From Andalucia godoyi And28 (taxonomy: Eukaryota; Protista; Jakobida), in assembly GCA_009859145.1 (NCBI GenBank), contig VRVR01000016.1:7780-71779 (forward strand): a DNA stretch of 64,000 bases. The letters run 5' to 3'. Positions 50,121 through 60,931 of this stretch are shown piece by piece. Both the position numbers and the translations under genes were made by a program. The notes under the pieces were generated by a model that saw only the letters and a program-made list of their open reading frames with translations, did not search any database and was not told where the DNA came from. The first letter of the stretch is position 1; each line of letters starts with the position of its first letter.

Positions 50121-52223
50121 TCACTCATGCATCGTACGAACGTGTGCAAACGTCCTGAACACATACTGCGTGTCGTTCGCGGACAACACAGCAGGCGCAG
50201 ACATTCCAAGAGACAGTGTGGCAAATACGTGGTCTTCGTCACGAATGTCCAGAGACTGAGAAGAGTCCTCTGAAAACGAGAGTCGCCGGTTCAAATCGAC
50301 GGGCTCCGAACCATGGAACCACTCACCCATGCAGTTTTGCCACAAGTATTCCATCAGCATAGTATGATCGTTCTTCTCCGATTGGTAAAGCGCGACAGTG
50401 CAGTAAAATGGGAGATGCTTGGGGCTGGCAACCACCTTGCCCTTCATCTCCTCCGGAGAAACACCTCTCGGTCGAGGGAATGTCAGGAAACTGTACCTTC
50501 CTGGGAAAAAGTAAGCGAGCGCCGCATCACACGCACCGTCAAGGGACTTTTTCGATGAATACGCATATGCAAAAGGATGCACCACGGTATCCAAGGGTCC
50601 TCGCACTGGAGCGTCGGGGTTGATCAGGGCTGTGTCGCAAGGCTGAGGCAACGGTCGAATCGCCTCTTCTGCGACTTGGACAATAAACTTTCGCGGTAAG
50701 CGAGGAAGCTTTGTGAACGGAATCTCTGACTCCAGCTGCCCTGTATGGTCAAACACATCAGCAGCCAACTTCGCATAATACGACAATGTCAATGCCGGAT
50801 ACGTGTTAGAACACTGAAAAGCAAGACCGTAGATAAGACCGATATTGAAAAGTGCAATCATCTGCCATTCCGCAACTAACATATCCGATTTTGCATGGAT
50901 GTTGTACAGTGACTGGATATTTCGAGCTGACATGGATACCAGCATATCGAACAGATCAAAGTTGCTTTTGGACATGACGGGCTGCTTGTGGGGAGCGACA
51001 GATGGTTCCTTGTCCATGAGGCTCTCCAAAGCGCTGTGAACCTCCAAGACACTGTCCTGCGAGAAAGGATACAAGCTGGAAACAATCTTGAGAAGTCCAC
51101 AACAGCACAGCCACGCGTCCGCATATCCAAGCGACAACAAACCCTCAGACTGCACCTTCATCTCGTCGGGACCAGTGTACTGTGAGGAATCGCGCAGAAC
51201 TTCACAGTACATTTCGGCTGCCTCGACATTTCCAAAATACAACGAAAGTTGAATGATTCTACGCAGCAACCGAGCAATCACTCTGAAAGGCACGCTGTGT
51301 CCACTGACAGCTGCGACGGTGCCCTCCAGTCTTTTCAATGCGTCCGGATATGCCCCAACTGCCATCATGGCTTCCGCATCCAACGCACAAGAGAGCAAGG
51401 ACAGCGCAAACGTTGACGACTTGTAATGGGAGTTGAGAACAGAGTTTGCGGACGGAAGCCGGAAGGTTGTCAAGTCGCCCCGCAAGTTCTCAAACGACCG
51501 CGGATTGTTACTGATCGCTTCTTGGTCCTCGAGTTCGGCAGTCACCAAACGAGACACGGACTGGAAATACAAAAATGAGTTCGTAAATCGGCTAGAGTCG
51601 TTCATTCGCAAGTAGCAATCGCACAGCGACACCTGAATGGACGAAAACACGTAGAGCAAAAGCGCGAGAAAGCTCCTGTCGATGCCGGAAACACACGGTC
51701 GGACATACAACGCCTCGGGTTCTCCAAACACAACCATGTTGAAAAAGTAGACCAAATGAACCTGGGCCCTTTTCGCACTTTCCAGCGCAAGATCTACATG
51801 ATTCCTCATCCTCAAAAACAGCACCGTCTTGAGTGCGAAACACAGTCCGTCGGCAAACTTGACTGCTTCGATATCGTGCTGCAGGTCTGCGATAGCCAGC
51901 TGGTGCGCCTCGTCCAGCTTCAGCACACTCTTCATCGTAACACCGTGCTCTGAGCACTCCGACGCAATCGTCTGGTATTCGGAAAATATCCGACTGAGAA
52001 TGTTTTGTAGTGCTTGCGAAAGCGGAAAGACCAACGGCGAGGTCTCAAACGTCGGCAGCGAAGAGACTGCGAACGGAACGCTACTTCCATTCTCGGCGAT
52101 TCCAGTCGGCGTCTCGCAATTTGGCAAGTGCTCCGAAACGTGGAGCATCTCAAGCTGCTGGACAACACCGCCATGGCCTACGTGGTTTCCAACCTCCCTC
52201 GACCGCGCTTCACTATTGAACAT
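50121..52223 (-). CDS. Hypothetical helical protein
   Basis: 700-aa ATG-started ORF with protein-like composition; no family recognised. Confidence 0.65.
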   Translation of the reverse strand: MFNSEARSREVGNHVGHGGVVQQLEMLHVSEHLPNCETPTGIAENGSSVPFAVSSLPTFETSPLVFPLSQALQNILSRIFSEYQTIASECSEHGVTMKSVLKLDEAHQLAIADLQHDIEAVKFADGLCFALKTVLFLRMRNHVDLALESAKRAQVHLVYFFNMVVFGEPEALYVRPCVSGIDRSFLALLLYVFSSIQVSLCDCYLRMNDSSRFTNSFLYFQSVSRLVTAELEDQEAISNNPRSFENLRGDLTTFRLPSANSVLNSHYKSSTFALSLLSCALDAEAMMAVGAYPDALKRLEGTVAAVSGHSVPFRVIARLLRRIIQLSLYFGNVEAAEMYCEVLRDSSQYTGPDEMKVQSEGLLSLGYADAWLCCCGLLKIVSSLYPFSQDSVLEVHSALESLMDKEPSVAPHKQPVMSKSNFDLFDMLVSMSARNIQSLYNIHAKSDMLVAEWQMIALFNIGLIYGLAFQCSNTYPALTLSYYAKLAADVFDHTGQLESEIPFTKLPRLPRKFIVQVAEEAIRPLPQPCDTALINPDAPVRGPLDTVVHPFAYAYSSKKSLDGACDAALAYFFPGRYSFLTFPRPRGVSPEEMKGKVVASPKHLPFYCTVALYQSEKNDHTMLMEYLWQNCMGEWFHGSEPVDLNRRLSFSEDSSQSLDIRDEDHVFATLSLGMSAPAVLSANDTQYVFRTFAHVRTMHE

Positions 52224-52256
52224 GTCTCCTGTTCGACTCTATATGTGCGTACGGGC

Positions 52257-52292
52257 GTATGTATGTATGTACGTATGTATGTATGTATGTAT
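52257..52292. repeat. (TATG)n microsatellite
   Basis: Direct reading. Confidence 0.85.
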
Positions 52293-53179
52293 GTGTGCGC
52301 GCGCGTGGTATTCAATTAACTGATGTATGGATTGAAGAAAGGAGAAAACGGGCAAAGCAAAGCACACCTTTTGTCTGACTTGACCAAAACCAACTATGAC
52401 AAAACGAAAGACGGAAAACCACGGAAATAACAGACCAGATTCGTTTGACTTTTGCCGATTGCAAAAGATCGGGGAAAATCGCGTAGATCCGGATTGCCGC
52501 TTGCTCCTACAGTGATCCGTCCCTACAGAAGGTGCTGCGAACCCTGTGGCAATTAATGCAACAAAAAGGGGTAGGAGGGGACCGAGTCTAGCACGACACA
52601 GCAGGCAGCGTTCCTTTGCGACCACCGGATTGTTTCTGAACAGTGGACAGAGGAAAATGGCAAGTAGGAAAACATAGGTAATAAAAGAAGGAGGGTCGTT
52701 GCGGAATTTCGCAGGCAAACAATCTTGTGCATCGTTTGCGACATGTTCGAGGAACCGTATAAAGAGCACCGAGAGCACCGAAGTGAAGGTTGCTGAAAGG
52801 AAGCGCACCTGAGGGTGACTTTCCCCCCACTGCACCCCCCTGAAGCATGTTGTGTGAACGCTCGACGGTGGGTGTTTAATCTCCGTTGCCATGCAGCAGT
52901 GCAACGACGATCAGGCAGGGGGAAAAACCATCGACAGCTACTGTAGTACGAAGCAGGTTTGCCCTCATTCCCTTTGCTCTGTCGTCAAGCATCAAGCCTT
53001 CGCTCTTTCAGGTTTCTGAAAAATGCATGCCTTTTGAAAATCACGCAAACACTGCATGTCTTTCGTTCATTCTTTCGTTCGGTTTTTCGGTTTTTTTTTT
53101 TTTTTGGTTTTTTTTGGGTCCTTTTCTTTCTTTTGGTTGCTTGTGTGATTGTGACTATCCTCTTGTTGGGTACGGTAAA

Positions 53180-56100
53180 ATGGCAACAGATCTTCAACGT
53201 CAGTTGAGCCAGATTCAGCAGGAATTTGGAGGCACTTCGATTGATGACCCACGCAGATTGGGCCAGTTCCCGTCGTTTCTGTACACTCCGCTGGAGGCAC
53301 AGCTGCTGGATACGGCTGCAGTGTATGATTTGGGGCTTGCAGGATTCACAGAACTGAAGAAACTGAATCCAGAGTTTTCTTCCTTTAGCAAGCTTTTTGA
53401 CATATCAATCCGAAATACGCATCGCGACCAACTAACCAAGGATGCGAACCAGGATCTTGATGCACAACTGAAGGGCTTCCTTCGCATTCTCTCACCATAC
53501 TGCCTTTCGCACGCGGCCCATCAGGTTTTTGAATTCCTGATCAGAAAATACGAGGTTCATGATCGGTGTGTGGACAGCGTAATGGCTGCCATCTTGCCGT
53601 TCCATGAAACCGCGTTTTTTGGGTCGATGATGAAGCTCGTTCGCGTGCATGATAATCGATGGGCGTTTCTTGCAAACTGTCAAAAAGAAGGAGCTCCTTG
53701 CGCTAGAGAGACTCTGGTGAATCGATGCTTGAAGGATTTCGCTGCTCTAGAGTTTGTCATGTCGCTGGTGAGTTCGTTTGTTGCACCACAAAAGAAATCT
53801 CGTGTTGTACCCAAATCAGTCCTCTCCTTTGTGAGCGTCGTTCTCTTGGAGTGTCTTCGTAAGCCGACGGTTGTCTTTTCTTCCATGATTCGTGTCCTCA
53901 TTCCTTATTTGGATATATGCATTCACAGTGTGCATGACGCAGAACTGCAACTGTCGTGCATGTCAATCATCGTGGAAATGTGCGCCCGGACAACTCTGAT
54001 CGACAAAGTCTCTCGTCTCTTAGTGGAGTCTCTATGTAGCGCCGTCCCCGCATCAAGACATCCAAACTTGTTCTTGTGTCTGATGGTTGTCTTCCAAACA
54101 CAGTCGTTGAAGAAGTTTCCAAAGAAGGCACTCGCATCTCTGGTTGATGCGTCATCACCAAAGGAGGTTTCTCTTCTGTTGAAGGCGCAGTCTGAAAAGT
54201 TTGATTCCTCGCGATTCCTGCAAGCTGTCTTTCGAACAGCATTGACCAATATGCTAATCTCTGGCACAGATCCAGCGTCGCAGGAATTGCTTGATGTTGT
54301 TTGCACCGATGTGGAGCAGAATGCGTTTGTCATCAAGCACTTATTCTACGTTGCTTCCAAGAAAAAGAATGTTTCTAATGAGGATGATGGTGATGATCAG
54401 CATGCAGACTGGAGTCCGACTGCGGTCATGGATACGTGCAGCAACATTGTCAGCCATTTATCCCAAACAAGATCCACTGTTTTTGATGCCGCTGTGCGCG
54501 AGTTCATCCATTCTCAAGCGGGAATTCCATCTGAAGAAGCCGCTACTTCATTCATTTCAGAATGTTTGAAAGCATCTTGGAAATTCAAAACTGTCAGAAG
54601 CGGAAATAGCGGCAGTGCTTTGCCTCTGGAAATGGCACTCCATGCTTCCGACTCTGCCATTCGTGCATCGGCAATTCGAGAACTCATTGGCGGTTTCAAT
54701 CGTTTATCGACACAAAAGAAGACGGACGGGAATCCTGAGGATTTGCTGTACCTTGAGAATGCGCTGATCTCCATAGTAGATCATCAACAGGAGGTCTCGT
54801 TTGATGTGTTGACGGAAGTGTTTACAAATCTGCAAGTGTCATCGTTTTCTGAAAATGCAAAGAAACAGTTCGCCGATTCCCTGTCCAGTCATTTGATGGA
54901 TGTCAGGCGGCGTTCTGCTCCAGCGGATCTCGTTGCCAACATAATCGAGAAGGCCTGTGACTTACTAGATTCTGCGTCACCGTCCACTCGTCTGTTGGAG
55001 GCAGTGTTTGCTTTCTGTTTGCCGTGGAATGGCGCGTCGTCACTGACTGAAGCCAGAAAGTTGTTGTCCACGGTTGCAAGTGCGCTGTCTCTCCCCGATC
55101 TTCCAGGTTCGGTTGCGAGTCCAACAGAGCTGGTGTCTGCGACTTGTGAACGAGCTGCTTCGTTTATTGTCAGGCATAATCTCGAGTTGCGCATCAATCC
55201 GCATTCCAGTGCGAGTCTTCTTTTTGCATGCGGAATCCCGTGCCTGCTGAAAGGTGATCGTCTCGCAACCTTTTCGAGGTTTTTCTCGTCCATCCATTCG
55301 TTTGTTTCCTTTGAGAATACGCATTCCACCAAACTCCAAAAGCTCCTTATGTCTGTGAAATCAGCCGATCTTGTCGCAACGGACAAGATAGGTTCTCCGT
55401 CTGCGAGCTCCTTCGTGGATTTGTTTTTGAACTCTGACGCTTCGACGTTTCCTGTTGTGCAGAACTGCTTAACCACGATCCTTTTTCTCAACTTGGTCTC
55501 TCAAGGGAGCTTGTCGTGCGCCGATGCAGAGGCTGTATATGTTCGTTCATGTCGAGTGGCAGATTTTTTAGTGGTCTCTGCGCATCTTGTAGCGTCGCTA
55601 ATCAGCTCTGTTTGGAAGGATTCTTGTATGGAGCTTGTAACAAGATTGGCGTGCCATCATTCCGACACCAACGTCCGTGCTCGCTCGACTGCGTACTTGA
55701 GACTGATTCTCACATCGCTTCCCGAAGATTATGACTTCTCCTTTTTGCTGCCGTTTGTGCTGTTGCTGCTGAGCGATAAGGAGCCCGAGATTCGTCGTGG
55801 TGGTCTTGCAATTCTCGGAGATTTGAAGTCGCGGATGCAACGATCTGTCCGCAACTCGACGTCCAAGTCATTGTTAGTATTGATCCCTTCATCGTCCAGG
55901 CTAGATGTCCTGCGGAAGCGGCCGGAGAGCAATGGCCTGATGTCCTTCATTGATGGCATCCTGCTAGATGAAGTAGAGATTGTTCGCGATGCGGGATTCT
56001 TTGGCAAGCACGTGCTGGCCAGCGCGGATTCTCAAATTCTCATGTTTGTTCTTGCCGTCGCATGCCGCTGTCAGAGTCCGCAATTGCAGTATTTGTTGTT

Positions 56101-59100
56101 GTCCTGTCTGAAGGACTGTGATCTCCCAGATTCTCTGTCAGTCACCGCACCAACAATCCAGCAACATCTTTCCGGTTTGGAGAAATCGACCCCTGAGAAG
56201 AATGGCCCAGTCGATGTGGACCATGCAGTGGAGTTTACGGCCTTTGACGATGCCTTTGTAAACAGTGATCGAGCCGCCAATCCTGAGGAAACTGTGCTCC
56301 CGAAGGATGCAACGGAAACTGCACTGCACCTTTGCTCGCTGGTAATTATGATGCGACTTATTCAGAAGACCGACAAGAAGCACTTTTCTTTGCTTTCGGA
56401 TTGCTTGAAGATGAGCTTGCGTTTGTCTGAAAAGATTGTCCACGACAATTTGTTTTATTGCGTGGGATTCTCCTTCGCGAATCGACTCGCGTATGCCTTG
56501 GATAACTTTTCGATCATATCAAACCTCGGTGCAGTCTGGGGAGCTGCTTCTTCGAATCAAGAACGCGTGGTGCTACTATCGGAGTGTGCCTCCCTTGCTG
56601 TTCGAGGTGTTTCCCTTTCGACTCTGGTTGGGCGCCTTGGTGTTGTTGTCTCTGCTGCGGATATTGTCTCTGTTCTGAAAGCCCTAATCCCGCTGAGAGA
56701 CGCCGCTGCGGAAATGCCAAGAAAGCGTTCGCGAAAGTCGGACAGTGTGACATCGAGTACATTGGTCACTGCAGACTCAGCAGCGATTGCGCAATCCATT
56801 CTTGATATGACCCTCCTTTTCATCAACAACTCTCAGTTGGATAACGCTCAACTTTTGTTCCCTGTTGTCCATGAAATTCTGGCTGGATCGCAATCCTATT
56901 TCGGTGCAGATGTCGGATATCCATTCTTTGTGAAGTCTTTGATGGATGTGCTCCAGGCTCTTTTGGACGTCTGCGGTAAAATGCCCGCGTCCGCGGACGT
57001 TCCGCTTGATCAGACATGTTTAGATCTGCTGAATGCCACTGGTCACTCATCCATTCGATCATCTGTCATGCGGCTGCTTTCTGCATACTCCTTGCTCTAC
57101 CCCGAGAGAGTTCTTCGTCGCATGGTTGCTGTCATGTCTGTTTTTGGTTCGCTTTCCGTGAACAGCGGTGCAAAAGATGACGTGATGTCCTTTTCTGCAC
57201 TGGAGGAAATGGTGCGAGTCGTCGTTCCGCACCTCATGTCCCTCGAGCATCCTGATCAATCTGCGTTTGACATTACGAACGCGTTCGTGCAAGCCCTTGA
57301 ACGAATTCCTGCTCATCGACGCGTTCCCCTTTTTGCCGCATTGTTCGACTCGTTTTCCGCAAGACATTCTTACGCAGTTTTGGTGCAGTTAATTTTCTTG
57401 GAATGGAAAAAGCAAAGTATGGATGCCACAAGCCTGTGCTCAAACTTGCTGACGCGCCTTTTACCATCTTTGCAGCTCAGCTGTGTTAAACATGTCGTGT
57501 CCTTTGCCGTGGATGTTTCAGAACAGCAACTGTTAGGTGTTGCAAGCAACGAATCGGATGCAGAGACTTCTGAAGACGATGAAGGCAGCGACACTGTGGG
57601 AATGGCCAAGGTTGTCCTTGGAGGTCTGAAGGATCAGATTGCATCGAAGTCCGATGTTCTTCGCTTCCTGAAGACGATGATGTCCTTCGGATCAGACCAT
57701 GTTTCTTCCGAAGAGTACAAGGATGGCATCGTGAATGCTGGAAGAGTCTCGGCGGCCCAGGCGAGTGGAGATGCTTTTGATAGCTCCATGCAAGAACAAT
57801 ACTTGAGCATCATGCAGAGCCTGCTTCAATTATCGCGCTGCATTGCAGTCCACGAGACGAACCTGAGGACCTCGGAGGAAATGGACTCCCAGCAACTTTC
57901 GGTGACCCAGGACATGAACCGATCAATCGGCTTGTTTATGGATGCCATTTTGCATTTCTTGTCCATCCCGTCTTTCTTGGCGATCGTGTCCGATCTTTTG
58001 TCCACAGAGGAAGATAATGGAACTGCTGAAGAAGATGAAGAGTCCGTCTGGCTCCGTCGTAAGGCGTTGTTGCTCTTAACGGATCGGATTGAGCGTTTTC
58101 CGAAGGAGTTCTCCCCTGAAGAGGCTTCTCTGTTTGTCGAGCTTGTTCCTGAGATTGGAAAGCTGCTGAAGAGCCACACTGCTGAACCGAGAAGCGCCCA
58201 AATTTCTTTGCTTGCACTTGACATTCTGGCTCGTCGCTTCGCAAAGAACATTCCGGAACCGTTTTTGGAAGTGGTTCCGGACCTCATTGCTCTGCTGCCA
58301 GCTCCTGGATCAAAGATTACGCGCGACGTCAACAAGACTGTGCTAGGCGCTGTCTTGGTCACAACTTCGTCGTTCTGTGCTACTCTATCCAATAGACTGC
58401 TACAACATGTGCCGCGACTGTTTCCTCTGGTTACCACCTGTATTGATCACGTTGTTTCGAGTTCGACAAAAGATGAATCTTCTGTCATGTTGCTTTCTTG
58501 TTCTTTGCATGCTTGCAACATTCTCATTGTCGAGTTGGCAGCCTTTATCTCTCCATTCTTGAGCAATTTGTTCTCGACTTTACTGCGGCTTCTGTATGTC
58601 TACTATCCAGAGACGAACGACACTGACATTTCTTTCATCATTGACAAGACACATGGATTGCTGTCGGCGCTTTCGGACCAGGTGGCGCCTCGACTGTCGC
58701 TTCCCGCTCTCATGGACAGCTACACTTCCATCATCACTTTTGATGGCGGAAAGACACTTGCAAACTGCAAGGACAGCCTTCGTCGCCAGGCTCGTCTGTA
58801 CGCGCTGCACTCGCTGTTCAATCACCTCGAACGAGTTTCAAAACGTGTCGACCGAGAACTGGCGGTTTCCAAAGCAAAAGACATTTCCCGTTTCTATCTG
58901 ACTGTCTTCCAGTTCCGCCAGAAGTTTGGTGATCCGAGGGATCCAACGGAGAGCAACAAGGTGGAAGACGATGCGTTTGGGGCTTTCCTAACATATGTTC
59001 TCAAGCTCAATGAGGCCACATTCCGTCCGCTCTTTGCCCGCGTAATGGAATGGGCTACAGCTTCCCAGAAGGAGGGCTCGGTCGTTTTTCAGAAGACTGT

Positions 59101-60013
59101 TGTGTTTTTCCGATTCTTTGGCAAATTTGTGCAGCGATTCAAGATTATTGCACTACCCTTCTTTGGTATGCCGGGAGTCCAGGATGTTTTGAATACGTGT
59201 CTTCGGGTGTCTCACATCGACAAGGCTTCCGGTCGGCGCATCACCGTGGATGGCGCAGCGGACGACCCTGCGAATCGCAGGGTCTTGTACAATGCGCTCT
59301 ACTCTGCATTGAATACTTTCTTCGTGCATGATGTATCGGAGAAGAGTGTGAAAACGCTGTCGTCGCTGGGTTCGTTTGTGGAAGCGCTTTTTGAGTCGCT
59401 GGATATTCTTTGTTCTCAGAAGGACAAGGTCATTTTGTCCCGCGAAAATGACACCGCAGAGGAAGCTAAGGCGATGCACGATGCTTCTTCTGTCGATTCA
59501 AGCGACGAGGACGTCGACAAGACTTCGCAGAATTCCGAAGAAGAAGGCGACAGCGAGGACGGAAGCGAGGACGAGGACGAAGATGGTGCTGCAAGCAGTG
59601 ACGATGCTGACGAAAGCGATTCCGACAATACCAGCGACAAAGGTTCCGAAGAGTCAGCTGACAATGGCGAGGATTCAATTCCAGATCCTGCTTCTCTTAT
59701 CGAAGAGTTTGTTTCTGTTGTCTGTAATTTCGCGCTTGTGCTTGAAACGGAGGAAGCGTGGAAGCCACTTCATTTCGCGGTGTTGGCACGAGCACGGTCA
59801 CAGTCCATTTCTGCACGTCTTGCGAGTATCCGCATCTTGGACCAACTGTTTGAGCGTGTTGGAGAGCGCTACATGGCCATGCTTCCCGAAACCATCCAGT
59901 ATCTTGCCGAATTGATGGAAGATTCCAACACGGAAATCGCCGGAAGTGTTCGTGCCCTTATCAGGAAGATTGAAAAGATCACGGGAGAAGACCTGCAACC
60001 ATTCTTCTCTTAG
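53180..60013 (+). CDS. UTP10: HEAT-repeat SSU processome protein UTP10/HEATR1
   Basis: N-terminus MATDLQRQL...PSFLY...FEFLIRKYEVH...LPFHET; C-terminal BP28CT-like FVLKLNEATFRPLF and LLPETIQYLAELMED-like motif (MLPETIQYLAELMED). Confidence 0.93.
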   Translation: MATDLQRQLSQIQQEFGGTSIDDPRRLGQFPSFLYTPLEAQLLDTAAVYDLGLAGFTELKKLNPEFSSFSKLFDISIRNTHRDQLTKDANQDLDAQLKGFLRILSPYCLSHAAHQVFEFLIRKYEVHDRCVDSVMAAILPFHETAFFGSMMKLVRVHDNRWAFLANCQKEGAPCARETLVNRCLKDFAALEFVMSLVSSFVAPQKKSRVVPKSVLSFVSVVLLECLRKPTVVFSSMIRVLIPYLDICIHSVHDAELQLSCMSIIVEMCARTTLIDKVSRLLVESLCSAVPASRHPNLFLCLMVVFQTQSLKKFPKKALASLVDASSPKEVSLLLKAQSEKFDSSRFLQAVFRTALTNMLISGTDPASQELLDVVCTDVEQNAFVIKHLFYVASKKKNVSNEDDGDDQHADWSPTAVMDTCSNIVSHLSQTRSTVFDAAVREFIHSQAGIPSEEAATSFISECLKASWKFKTVRSGNSGSALPLEMALHASDSAIRASAIRELIGGFNRLSTQKKTDGNPEDLLYLENALISIVDHQQEVSFDVLTEVFTNLQVSSFSENAKKQFADSLSSHLMDVRRRSAPADLVANIIEKACDLLDSASPSTRLLEAVFAFCLPWNGASSLTEARKLLSTVASALSLPDLPGSVASPTELVSATCERAASFIVRHNLELRINPHSSASLLFACGIPCLLKGDRLATFSRFFSSIHSFVSFENTHSTKLQKLLMSVKSADLVATDKIGSPSASSFVDLFLNSDASTFPVVQNCLTTILFLNLVSQGSLSCADAEAVYVRSCRVADFLVVSAHLVASLISSVWKDSCMELVTRLACHHSDTNVRARSTAYLRLILTSLPEDYDFSFLLPFVLLLLSDKEPEIRRGGLAILGDLKSRMQRSVRNSTSKSLLVLIPSSSRLDVLRKRPESNGLMSFIDGILLDEVEIVRDAGFFGKHVLASADSQILMFVLAVACRCQSPQLQYLLLSCLKDCDLPDSLSVTAPTIQQHLSGLEKSTPEKNGPVDVDHAVEFTAFDDAFVNSDRAANPEETVLPKDATETALHLCSLVIMMRLIQKTDKKHFSLLSDCLKMSLRLSEKIVHDNLFYCVGFSFANRLAYALDNFSIISNLGAVWGAASSNQERVVLLSECASLAVRGVSLSTLVGRLGVVVSAADIVSVLKALIPLRDAAAEMPRKRSRKSDSVTSSTLVTADSAAIAQSILDMTLLFINNSQLDNAQLLFPVVHEILAGSQSYFGADVGYPFFVKSLMDVLQALLDVCGKMPASADVPLDQTCLDLLNATGHSSIRSSVMRLLSAYSLLYPERVLRRMVAVMSVFGSLSVNSGAKDDVMSFSALEEMVRVVVPHLMSLEHPDQSAFDITNAFVQALERIPAHRRVPLFAALFDSFSARHSYAVLVQLIFLEWKKQSMDATSLCSNLLTRLLPSLQLSCVKHVVSFAVDVSEQQLLGVASNESDAETSEDDEGSDTVGMAKVVLGGLKDQIASKSDVLRFLKTMMSFGSDHVSSEEYKDGIVNAGRVSAAQASGDAFDSSMQEQYLSIMQSLLQLSRCIAVHETNLRTSEEMDSQQLSVTQDMNRSIGLFMDAILHFLSIPSFLAIVSDLLSTEEDNGTAEEDEESVWLRRKALLLLTDRIERFPKEFSPEEASLFVELVPEIGKLLKSHTAEPRSAQISLLALDILARRFAKNIPEPFLEVVPDLIALLPAPGSKITRDVNKTVLGAVLVTTSSFCATLSNRLLQHVPRLFPLVTTCIDHVVSSSTKDESSVMLLSCSLHACNILIVELAAFISPFLSNLFSTLLRLLYVYYPETNDTDISFIIDKTHGLLSALSDQVAPRLSLPALMDSYTSIITFDGGKTLANCKDSLRRQARLYALHSLFNHLERVSKRVDRELAVSKAKDISRFYLTVFQFRQKFGDPRDPTESNKVEDDAFGAFLTYVLKLNEATFRPLFARVMEWATASQKEGSVVFQKTVVFFRFFGKFVQRFKIIALPFFGMPGVQDVLNTCLRVSHIDKASGRRITVDGAADDPANRRVLYNALYSALNTFFVHDVSEKSVKTLSSLGSFVEALFESLDILCSQKDKVILSRENDTAEEAKAMHDASSVDSSDEDVDKTSQNSEEEGDSEDGSEDEDEDGAASSDDADESDSDNTSDKGSEESADNGEDSIPDPASLIEEFVSVVCNFALVLETEEAWKPLHFAVLARARSQSISARLASIRILDQLFERVGERYMAMLPETIQYLAELMEDSNTEIAGSVRALIRKIEKITGEDLQPFFS

Positions 60014-60257
60014 ATTCTTATTATATATACATATATATTTTGTAGATGTAAAAAATCCAGAGAACTGCCTTTTCGGACACGGAAATCCCGCGAAAGATCG
60101 TCTTTCGCAAGTCGCAATTTGCATAACGCCTGCCACCTGCGTTCTTCATGTTCCAGTTTGTTGACCCGACTTTCCAAAAGGTTTGTCGACTGCTGCCTGC
60201 TGTTAAAAAAAGAAATCGGCCGTTGAATAATAACACGTCATTGTCATGCATGCGGAA

Positions 60258-60665
60258 GAAAGTATACATAAACAGACACGGTCAATACTGGCCGACACTA
60301 GCACGTTTGTTTCACAGGGAATTCGTGCTTACGCGTAGCCATCTGTCATTCGTTCAAGCGCACTGCCAAGAGGCGAACTTCCAAGACACGATCTCGTATC
60401 TCCAGGTGCATCAATCGCTGCAACTGAGGACACGAAAGCGCCTGCTGCTAGGGCCGTCAGAATCAAAATGCACCCTTCTCAGGAACAATGTATCACGCTG
60501 AGAAAGTGGCTCACCGATTGATCGAGATTGGGGACGGAGCGCGGAACATCTATCTGAAGAGCGCCGTGAGGCGTGTTGGGGGGCCTATCCCCTTCGCGGC
60601 AACGGGATGCAAGATTGAATATGCATGTCTATTCGTAGATATGCATGCTCAGTGTATAATGCAGG
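60258..60665 (+). mobile_element. Miniature TnpB/Fanzor-derived element (repeat A, copy 2)
   Basis: RAVRIKMHPSQEQCITLRKW (60450-60509) joined to IDRDW/DGARNIYLK (from 60517); hairpin at 60616-60651 with TTCG loop; ends ...TAATGCAGG. Confidence 0.72.
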
Positions 60666-60931
60666 TCAGACGCAAACAAAAATGTCCTAGCATCAAGTGA
60701 GGGAGAACTGTTCATGCGGCAGTTCTCCAATGTCGATGAGCGAAAGTACCATTCTTTTTGTTTTTCCAAATGGTCTTCGTTTTTGTTTGGCTTTCCATCT
60801 CCAAATCCGAAAGCGTGTCTTTTTCACTTTCTTTTCATCTTTTTGTTTTTAGAATTTGAAAAAAATATCAAGCATTCAGATTTCCTTTCCATTTTCGTGA
60901 GTCTGTTTTTGTTTTGCGGTGGTGATCTAAA

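Noticed and set aside
52330-52950. Possible gene or element remnant upstream of UTP10; similar unexplained spacers at 8540-9250, 11650-11950 and 21180-21470
   Set aside because: No recognisable motif, repeat or convincing frame found by eye.
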